From: a virus
Taxonomy: Duplodnaviria > Caudoviricetes
Direction: 5' to 3' (one strand)
DNA: 57,779 nt
Virus record (IMG/VR): IMGVR_UViG_3300036770_004266
Coordinates: 1-57,779 of that record
In this document: one piece after another, positions 1-5,063 of the stretch
Position numbering within the stretch: position 1 is the stretch's first letter
Layout: each line of letters begins with the position of its first letter
Notes under the pieces: model-generated
Told to the model about the DNA's origin: nothing
What the model saw: the letters and a program-made list of their open reading frames with translations, nothing else
Database searches by the model: none
Position numbers and translations under genes: made by a program

Positions 1-23
1 CCAAATGCGATACAAACCACCAG

Positions 24-135
24 ACCATATTGAAGTGTATTACATGCGGCGAACCCATCTGCCGCTTTCATTATTGATCGCTACTGTGTTCCCGGGACAC
101 TTCGCAGAGGCCTCCGTAATACACTTCAATATGGT
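24..135 (-). ncRNA. Candidate structured RNA closed by a 20-bp perfect stem, immediately 3' of tRNA-Tyr
   Basis: ACCATATTGAAGTGTATTAC (24-43) is the exact reverse complement of 116-135; internal hairpins GCGGC/GCCGC and GTGTTC/GGACAC. Confidence 0.5.
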
Positions 136-216
136 GGGTGGCCAGGGACTCGAACCCCGTATGCCAATGGCGCCAGATTTACAGTCTGGTGCAGTAACCT
201 GTTCTGCTCGCCACCC
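132..216 (-). tRNA. tRNA-Tyr(GTA)
   Basis: Cloverleaf; anticodon arm CCAGA-CTGTAAA-TCTGG, long variable arm, GTTCGAGTC T-loop, encoded CCA. Confidence 0.95.
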
Positions 217-219
217 ATG

Positions 220-296
220 TGGCACACCGTAGGGGATTTGAACCCCTGATCTTCTCCGTGAAAGGGAGATGTCCTAGGCCGCTAGACGAACGGTGC
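220..296 (-). tRNA. tRNA-Glu(TTC)
   Basis: Anticodon arm TCTCC-CTTTCAC-GGAGA, GTTCAAATC T-loop, CCA. Confidence 0.95.
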
Positions 297-308
297 ATGA
301 AACTTAAA

Positions 309-321
309 TTATTAAAGAACA
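309..321 (-). promoter_or_regulatory. boxA-like antitermination site
   Basis: TGTTCTTTAATAA versus E. coli rrn boxA TGCTCTTTAACAA, between a sigma70 promoter and tRNA-Glu. Confidence 0.55.
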
Positions 322-341
322 ATTTTAACTGCTATATTATT

Positions 342-370
342 ATAATATAGCCTATCCTACACTTTGTCAA
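342..370 (-). promoter_or_regulatory. sigma70-type promoter for tRNA-Glu/Tyr
   Basis: TTGACA-N17-TATTAT(AAT). Confidence 0.75.
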
Positions 371-383
371 GCAAAAACTATAC

Positions 384-409
384 TATGTTGGTGAGTGCTT
401 ACCAACATA
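384..409 (-). terminator. Hairpin, possible terminator or processing stem
   Basis: 9-bp stem TATGTTGGT/ACCAACATA; T-tract is offset, so the terminator call is weak. Confidence 0.35.
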
Positions 410-412
410 CTG

Positions 413-490
413 AGAGCCCCTAGCACCGGATTTGTCGGATTTTGGAGGTCTTACCCTGGAGGATTCTGGGGATCCTGTCCTAGGGGCTCT
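413..490 (-). ncRNA. Candidate small structured RNA downstream of tRNA-Cys
   Basis: 11-bp perfect closing stem AGAGCCCCTAG/CTAGGGGCTCT around a GC-rich interior. Confidence 0.4.
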
Positions 491-495
491 ACGAA

Positions 496-573
496 TGGAA
501 GTGCGGGTGGGATTCGAACCCACGGTATCGCAGTTTTGCAGGCTGCTGCATTTGACCACTCTGCCACCGCACT
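496..573 (-). tRNA. tRNA-Cys(GCA)
   Basis: Loop CTGCAAA, GTTCGAATC T-loop, U73 discriminator, CCA; C-A mismatch at 31:39. Confidence 0.92.
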
Positions 574-619
574 ATTGAACGTTATCTCTGATCCACTTCC
601 AGTATTCTGAAGCTTCCAT
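572..619 (-). CDS. Possible 15-aa peptide MEASEYWKWIRDNVQ
   Basis: AGGAG at 626-630 upstream of ATG; stop overlaps the tRNA-Cys 5' end; not in the ORF track. Confidence 0.3.
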   Translation of the reverse strand: MEASEYWKWIRDNVQ

Positions 620-629
620 TTTTCTCTCC

Positions 630-637
630 TATAAATA
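630..637 (+). promoter_or_regulatory. T4-type late promoter
   Basis: TATAAATA 5 nt before the J-domain gene ATG. Confidence 0.7.
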
Positions 638-642
638 TTAGT

Positions 643-1260
643 ATGGATCTATACCAAGAATTAGAATTACCGCAAGACTGTTCCTTTGAAGAAATCAAAC
701 AACAGTATCGAATCCTTGCCCGTGTTCACCATCCCGACATGGGAGGTGATCCTGAAAAGTTTAAAAAAATAAAATTAGCCTATGAGGTTCTAAGTGATCC
801 GGTACGAAGGACCGAATACGACAAGACAGGTAACACCCAAAAATCAATAGACATTCGCCACAGGGCAATGTCCGATATTTCTCAAATGTTTTTTAGAATG
901 ATGCCCCACTTCAATCCTAGGGGACAGGGCAATATTCTTTTTGATATCAAAAAAGAAATACAAGATTCCAAACAAGCAATAAAAACCGACATAGAAATAT
1001 GTCGTACATTCATTACCAATTTAGAACTTGCCAAAACAAAGATACGCAAAAAGACCGATAACATCGAAGGTGATAATATCTTTCTAGGTTTTATTGATAA
1101 GCAATTAGAAAGTAGAAATGCCGAACTATCTAACTTTAAAAATAGAATAGAAGTACTCGATGATATGATAAAAATACTTGAGGAATATCACTATGGATTC
1201 CTTGAAATAAAAAATGCCCCCACCGATGGGGGAGGATTTAAACATGATGGCGGAGGCTGA
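643..1260 (+). CDS. DnaJ-domain (J-domain) protein
   Basis: DLYQELEL...HHPDMGGDPEKFKKIKLAYEVLSDPVRRTEYD J-domain with HPD; coiled-coil C-terminus. Confidence 0.9.
   Translation: MDLYQELELPQDCSFEEIKQQYRILARVHHPDMGGDPEKFKKIKLAYEVLSDPVRRTEYDKTGNTQKSIDIRHRAMSDISQMFFRMMPHFNPRGQGNILFDIKKEIQDSKQAIKTDIEICRTFITNLELAKTKIRKKTDNIEGDNIFLGFIDKQLESRNAELSNFKNRIEVLDDMIKILEEYHYGFLEIKNAPTDGGGFKHDGGG
1209..1232 (-). terminator. Intrinsic terminator ending the 13-tRNA operon
   Basis: CCCCCA-TCGG-TGGGGG-CA-TTTTTT just downstream of tRNA-Ser(GCT), inside the antisense J-domain CDS. Confidence 0.7.
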
Positions 1261-1336
1261 GGGATTCGAACCCTCGCGACCTGTTAAGGACGACGGTTTA
1301 GCAAACCGCTGCATTTGACCACTCTGCCAAACCTCC
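1248..1336 (-). tRNA. tRNA-Ser(GCT)
   Basis: Loop TTGCTAA, long variable arm, G73, CCA. Confidence 0.95.
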
Positions 1337-1337
1337 A

Positions 1338-1445
1338 TTAGTCGCACCAGGTTTTGTATGGATTAGTAAACATTACACAATCCAAAACTTCCCCGGTGCC
1401 GATTAAAACTGTTGCAAATAAAAATAACCCTACTAAAGATTTCAT
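1338..1445 (-). CDS. 35-aa hydrophobic peptide MKSLVGLFLFATVLIGTGEVLDCVMFTNPYKTWCD
   Basis: Fills the spacer between the two tRNA-Ser genes; AAGGA RBS; signal-like N-terminus; two Cys; not in the ORF track. Confidence 0.55.
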   Translation of the reverse strand: MKSLVGLFLFATVLIGTGEVLDCVMFTNPYKTWCD

Positions 1446-1456
1446 ACTTTCCTTTC

Positions 1457-1546
1457 TGGAAGAAGCGGTGGGATTCGAACCCACGGACCCTTTCGGACCG
1501 ACAGTTTTCAAGACTGTTCCAATAAACCGGACTCTGGCACGCTTCC
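1457..1546 (-). tRNA. tRNA-Ser(TGA)
   Basis: ACAGT-CTTGAAA-ACTGT, long variable arm, CCA. Confidence 0.95.
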
Positions 1547-1551
1547 ATAAC

Positions 1552-1628
1552 TGGCACCACCTAGAAGATTCGAACTCCTAACCCCTTGGTCCGTAGCCAA
1601 GTGCTCTGATCCGTTGAGCTAAGGTGGT
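1552..1628 (-). tRNA. tRNA-Arg(ACG)
   Basis: CTTGG-CTACGGA-CCAAG, CCA. Confidence 0.95.
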
Positions 1629-1629
1629 A

Positions 1630-1706
1630 TGGTGCCCCAGGCGAGATTCGAACTCGCAAGATTTAGTTTCTAAGACTAACATGTATACCAATTCCATCAC
1701 CGGGGC
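1630..1706 (-). tRNA. tRNA-Leu(TAG), short variable loop
   Basis: TTAGT-CTTAGAA-ACTAA, Leu-type D arm, A73, CCA; only 77 nt. Confidence 0.9.
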
Positions 1707-1710
1707 ATAT

Positions 1711-1784
1711 TGGTCCTTCCTGATGGTTACGATCCACCGTCTCGCGGTTATCAGCCGCGTGCTCTACCATTGAGCTAAGGAAGG
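1711..1784 (-). tRNA. tRNA-Ile(GAT)
   Basis: CGCGG-CTGATAA-CCGCG; atypical T-loop ATCGTAA; CCA. Confidence 0.9.
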
Positions 1785-1791
1785 AATGTTC

Positions 1792-1867
1792 TGGTCCCGA
1801 CTCCTGGTTACGCTCCAGGCTCTCATGCTCTTCAGGCACGCGCTATCACTAGGTCAGCTGAGTCGGG
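1792..1867 (-). tRNA. tRNA-Phe(GAA)
   Basis: CGTGC-CTGAAGA-GCATG; atypical T-loop AGCGTAA; CCA. Confidence 0.85.
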
Positions 1868-1868
1868 C

Positions 1869-1943
1869 TGGAGCTCTCAACAAGAATCGAACTTGTATCT
1901 CTCGCATACCAAGCGAGTGTAATAACCGTTATACTATGGGAGC
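1869..1943 (-). tRNA. tRNA-Thr(GGT)
   Basis: CTCGC-TTGGTAT-GCGAG, CCA. Confidence 0.9.
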
Positions 1944-1948
1944 GAATC

Positions 1949-2025
1949 TGGTGGCGATGGTTGGATTCGAGCCAACGATCTTCTCCGTATGAAGGAGCTG
2001 CATTAAACCGCTATGCTACATCGCC
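1949..2025 (-). tRNA. tRNA with CAT anticodon (elongator Met or Ile2)
   Basis: Loop TTCATAC; paired G1-C72 argues against initiator; CCA. Confidence 0.85.
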
Positions 2026-2100
2026 TGGTGCATCGTGATGGATTCGAACCACCGACCTCTTTCTTGTAAGGAAAGCCTTCTACCGCTGAATTAACGATGC
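2026..2100 (-). tRNA. tRNA-Val(TAC)
   Basis: CTTTC-CTTACAA-GAAAG, CCA. Confidence 0.95.
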
Positions 2101-2105
2101 ATGTC

Positions 2106-2181
2106 TGGGGTGTAGGACGAGACTCGAACTCGCAACGACTGGAATCACAATCCAGGGCTCTGCCATTGAGCTACCAACACC
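2106..2181 (-). tRNA. tRNA-His(GTG)
   Basis: CTGGA-TTGTGAT-TCCAG, encoded G-1 and C73, CCA. Confidence 0.95.
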
Positions 2182-2187
2182 ATTGTT

Positions 2188-2262
2188 TGGCCTCGCCGCC
2201 CAGAATCGAACTGAGATCTAAACCTTAGGAGTGTCTTGTTCTATCCATTGAACTACGGCGAG
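2188..2262 (-). tRNA. tRNA-Arg(CCT)
   Basis: Loop CTCCTAA, imperfect anticodon stem, CCA. Confidence 0.88.
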
Positions 2263-2269
2263 AAGAATT

Positions 2270-2410
2270 AGTGACGGTTACCGATAGATCCCATCGCAGC
2301 CGACAAGCGTTGAGCCCCTACGGTAGCTAGACCGTAGACTTGATGAGCGGCCACTCATCTAGAATGCTAGTTAACGACCGGCCAGTCGTCCCTGTTGCAT
2401 TAGACTGCTT
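2270..2410 (-). ncRNA. Candidate multi-hairpin ncRNA with palindromic loops
   Basis: Hairpins at 2374-2389, 2342-2359, 2318-2337, 2282-2296; closing helix GCAGTC/GGCTGC; no credible ORF. Confidence 0.6.
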
Positions 2411-2415
2411 TGACT

Positions 2416-2491
2416 TGGTAGGGGCGACAGGGATCGAACCTGCGACCAACCGGTTAAAAGCCGGATGCTCTACCTACTGAGCTACACCCCC
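2416..2491 (-). tRNA. tRNA-Lys(TTT)
   Basis: CCGG-CTTTTAA-CCGG, CCA. Confidence 0.95.
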
Positions 2492-2521
2492 AAGCAAAAA
2501 TACACCGAATGCACTTTTGTT

Positions 2522-2595
2522 TGGAGGGGGTGTCAAGATTCGAACTTGAACTGAATGAGTCAAAGTCACTAGTGCTGCCGTTACACTACACCCCT
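2522..2595 (-). tRNA. tRNA-Gln(TTG)
   Basis: AGTGA-CTTTGAC-TCATT, 1:72 mismatch, CCA. Confidence 0.92.
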
Positions 2596-2713
2596 CTGTA
2601 TCCGAATTTTACTCGCACGTTATCGCCGATGCTTTCATCCTCGGTGCCGCCCGTTAGGACCTTTTATATAGCGCCGTCACTCACCCTCGTTGCGTTTAGC
2701 GCTTACTACCAAC

Positions 2714-2742
2714 AAAAAACCCAGGTCTCTCGATCCTGGGTT
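2714..2742 (-). terminator. Attenuator terminator upstream of the tRNA operon
   Basis: AACCCAGG-ATCGAGAGA-CCTGGG-TTTTTT. Confidence 0.85.
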
Positions 2743-2780
2743 AGTTAAAATTACTTGTTGCGAATAGTTTTAACTAACCC
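2738..2780 (-). promoter_or_regulatory. Antiterminator hairpin, mutually exclusive with the terminator
   Basis: 13-bp perfect stem GGGTTAGTTAAAA/TTTTAACTAACCC; left arm contains the leader stop codon, right arm shares AACCC with the terminator left arm. Confidence 0.8.
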
Positions 2781-2874
2781 TTGGCCACTCCTTTGATGTT
2801 CCAATAAAATCATAGGCATGGCGCGATACCATTGGCTGGCCTAGATTTAAATTGGGTATACAACTATAGAACAT
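2770..2874 (-). CDS. Leader peptide (34 aa) containing all 20 amino acids
   Basis: AGGAG at 2880-2884, ATG at 2874; MFYSCIPNLNLGQPMVSRHAYDFIGTSKEWPRVS. Confidence 0.8.
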   Translation of the reverse strand: MFYSCIPNLNLGQPMVSRHAYDFIGTSKEWPRVS

Positions 2875-2894
2875 AACTTCTCCTGTTAAAAAAT

Positions 2895-2934
2895 TATTTA
2901 TAATAATAGTACAGTCTAGATACAACTTTGTCAA
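2895..2934 (-). promoter_or_regulatory. Tandem sigma70 and T4 late promoters of the leader/tRNA operon
   Basis: TTGACA(2929-2934)-N17-TACTAT(2906-2911); TATAAATA at 2895-2902. Confidence 0.8.
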
Positions 2935-3221
2935 GCATTTTGTAAAACTTTTTCTTCCTTGAACACATCGGACCATGTCCGTAACTTAGTGTTCTTTTGA
3001 TCCTTTGCCTGTAGCACACGATCAATGTCTATCATACCTTCTTCGATCATCAAATCAATCATACACAAAAGATCGCCCGTTTCTTCCTCCAAGCGTTCCT
3101 TATTTGTCTGACCGTTATACTTATCCGTCACACCAAATCGAAATACTTTACTGATTGCTTGGATCACTTCTGCACATTCTTCCTGCGCAATCAACATCAC
3201 TTCTTTCTGTTTACTATTCAT
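2931..3221 (-). CDS. MazG-like NTP pyrophosphohydrolase
   Basis: QEECAEVIQAISK...LEEETGDLL acidic metal-binding motifs. Confidence 0.75.
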   Translation of the reverse strand: MNSKQKEVMLIAQEECAEVIQAISKVFRFGVTDKYNGQTNKERLEEETGDLLCMIDLMIEEGMIDIDRVLQAKDQKNTKLRTWSDVFKEEKVLQNA

Positions 3222-3235
3222 ATATCCTCATCATT

Positions 3236-3255
3236 AAAAAAGGGGCCGAAGCCCC
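3236..3255 (-). terminator. Intrinsic terminator
   Basis: GGGGC-TTCG-GCCCC-TTTTTT. Confidence 0.85.
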
Positions 3256-3259
3256 GTAA

Positions 3260-3646
3260 TTATACGAGTGCTGCGCCCAACTCTTTAATCAGCAAATCGT
3301 CATCCTTTTCTTCTTCCTTGATCCTTTTCTCTACAGATTTAATCTTAGCAGAAGTCTTCTGTACTGGTGCTACCGCAACCTTTGGAGCCTTAACCTTCGA
3401 CGTCGCATTGGTCACTTTCTTGTTCATGGTCTCAGTAATGAGATCGGTGTAATTAGCAAACACTCCACCCACATCTAGGAGATGCGCGCAAGCCTCAGCC
3501 TTAGACATTGGGCGAGGAAGCTCGATAAGCTCTAGGGGAGAATGCCCACCCTTAGCTAGCAACTTCGTGCGGGAAACAATGTCGTTTGCGAAGCGAACCT
3601 TGGTAACACCATTTTGTGTCGAAACACCGGCAACTGTAAAAGTCAT
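3260..3646 (-). CDS. Hypothetical early protein
   Basis: 128-aa ORF with GAGGAG RBS, own promoter and terminator. Confidence 0.8.
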   Translation of the reverse strand: MTFTVAGVSTQNGVTKVRFANDIVSRTKLLAKGGHSPLELIELPRPMSKAEACAHLLDVGGVFANYTDLITETMNKKVTNATSKVKAPKVAVAPVQKTSAKIKSVEKRIKEEEKDDDLLIKELGAALV

Positions 3647-3689
3647 TCAAATACTCCTCATAAAATATAAATTAACCTACCACTCTATT

Positions 3690-3718
3690 ATAATAACACC
3701 GTCAACATACTATGTCAA
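3690..3718 (-). promoter_or_regulatory. sigma70-type early promoter
   Basis: TTGACA-N17-TATTAT(AAT). Confidence 0.75.
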
Positions 3719-4073
3719 GCACTTTTTTGGAGTGCCTACAACTTTGGCGAAACTGATACCCCAAACAATCACAAGTGACCTTACCTTTTGAGTAGATTAC
3801 ACTATATGTTTTCTTGGACTTCTTTGAGGTAACTTCGAAGATCCGAGTGTCAGTCTTGATTGACGAACCCTTATATCCCACTATCTTAGATTTGAGAATC
3901 ATAGATATAGGCCACTCGGGCTTGCCTGTCGCCACGCAGACATAATCTGCACCTAACCACTTTGGATTTTCTACGATACGACCCTTGAAGGTATTGATAT
4001 CATAGTCTATCCAAAGTATATTGGATTTCCATTTGGTAGTAATTTCTACCTCGGATCCAATCTCAAAATTCAT
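3702..4073 (-). CDS. SWIM zinc-finger protein
   Basis: C-terminal CDCLGYQFRQSCRH (CxC...CxH). Confidence 0.7.
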   Translation of the reverse strand: MNFEIGSEVEITTKWKSNILWIDYDINTFKGRIVENPKWLGADYVCVATGKPEWPISMILKSKIVGYKGSSIKTDTRIFEVTSKKSKKTYSVIYSKGKVTCDCLGYQFRQSCRHSKKVLDIVC

Positions 4074-4252
4074 CGCTTAGGAAACCTCGCAGTAGGATCG
4101 CTGAATACTCGACCACCCTTATTTTTAACTGAGGCAGTCATAGTCTTCGGGTTCTTCACAACTTTGCCCTGTTCGATCTGTCCGCCGCGAGCTAGGAACT
4201 CCTTCATCTGCTCTTCGGATTCTTTTCTAAGCTGCTCTTTGGTCTTGTTCAT
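4070..4252 (-). CDS. Small protein resembling the SutA RNAP-binding domain
   Basis: KEQLRKESEEQMKEFLARGGQIEQ; start at MNKTK follows an AAGGA RBS. Confidence 0.55.
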   Translation of the reverse strand: MNKTKEQLRKESEEQMKEFLARGGQIEQGKVVKNPKTMTASVKNKGGRVFSDPTARFPKR

Positions 4253-4277
4253 TTGGTTCCTTTCTATCATTTTTTTA

Positions 4278-4306
4278 ATTATAAAGCCATTTGGTCAGTT
4301 TGTCAA
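4278..4306 (-). promoter_or_regulatory. Consensus sigma70 early promoter
   Basis: TTGACA-N17-TATAAT. Confidence 0.9.
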
Positions 4307-4332
4307 GCACCTAGTAAGTCATTGAAAACGTT

Positions 4333-4355
4333 AAAAATCCCCGCATGCGGGGATT
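4333..4355 (-). terminator. Intrinsic terminator
   Basis: Palindrome AATCCCCGCATGCGGGGATT followed by a T-run. Confidence 0.75.
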
Positions 4356-4360
4356 GGTTT

Positions 4361-4507
4361 CTAGGAATCTTTTTCCTCTACCTCTATGATTCCTTCCGAT
4401 TCAAAAAATTCAACCGTATCTGTTATTCCTTTATAGTGACCCCATCTGTAACATGAATAACAAGCACCTAACATTAGGCCTATTTGTATTACGCCGTATA
4501 GATCCAT
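4361..4507 (-). CDS. 48-aa small membrane protein
   Basis: AAGGAG RBS; MDLYGVIQIGLMLGACYSCYRWGHYKG...EEKDS; not in the ORF track. Confidence 0.65.
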   Translation of the reverse strand: MDLYGVIQIGLMLGACYSCYRWGHYKGITDTVEFFESEGIIEVEEKDS

Positions 4508-4526
4508 ATTGACTCCTTTTTAATAG

Positions 4527-5063
4527 TTATTCTTTCATAACAAGGTCCTCATCATTCGTATCATTTTCTTCAGATTTTTGAACAAACCAAGATTCCCGTT
4601 TTTGATTTAAGTGATCGAACAAATTATTCTCGATCAAAAATTTTGCAACTAAACTATTCTCTAAACCGTATGCTTCAATTTCCCAAGGCTGGTCCCAGTA
4701 AGAAACGTCATCGTCGTATACTTGCCCCATCCAAACCTTAACGTATTTTCTTCTGTATAATTTATCTTTTACTTCACCCTTAGCATATTGTTTTAGATGA
4801 ACCATCTCATGTGCTAAGGCCAAGAACATATGTATCTTTTTCTTGGTTCGATCTAATTCTATGATAAAGTCTCTTGGAGGATATGGCCATTGTTCTTCAA
4901 AATCGCAGTATCCTCCTGCTCCCAAATTATCTTTTACTTCTATCCGTACATTAATGGTTTTCTTTAATTTTTTGGATAGCAAATTGTCCGCGATATGATT
5001 CGCCGCAAGTTTAAACAATTTAGTTAGTTGTCGGTCCTTAGCGCCGCGAACAGATATATTCAT
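4527..5063 (-). CDS. HEXXH zinc-metallopeptidase-like protein
   Basis: LAHEMVHLKQY and QPWEIEAY. Confidence 0.75.
   Translation of the reverse strand: MNISVRGAKDRQLTKLFKLAANHIADNLLSKKLKKTINVRIEVKDNLGAGGYCDFEEQWPYPPRDFIIELDRTKKKIHMFLALAHEMVHLKQYAKGEVKDKLYRRKYVKVWMGQVYDDDVSYWDQPWEIEAYGLENSLVAKFLIENNLFDHLNQKRESWFVQKSEENDTNDEDLVMKE

Noticed and set aside
132-2595. Suppressor tRNA or stop-codon reassignment
   Set aside because: No CTA, TTA or TCA anticodon; core genes translate full-length in the standard code.
5-2748. Short ORF-track calls overlapping tRNA genes (5-232, 40-225, 395-610, 1126-1347, 1354-1581, 1363-1560, 1786-1992, 2509-2748)
   Set aside because: They are translations of tRNA or structured RNA sequence with no RBS or protein motifs.
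2770-2976. 68-aa ORF-track call
   Set aside because: The upstream part runs through the MazG-like gene end and the promoter; the RBS-led ATG at 2874 gives the 34-aa leader.
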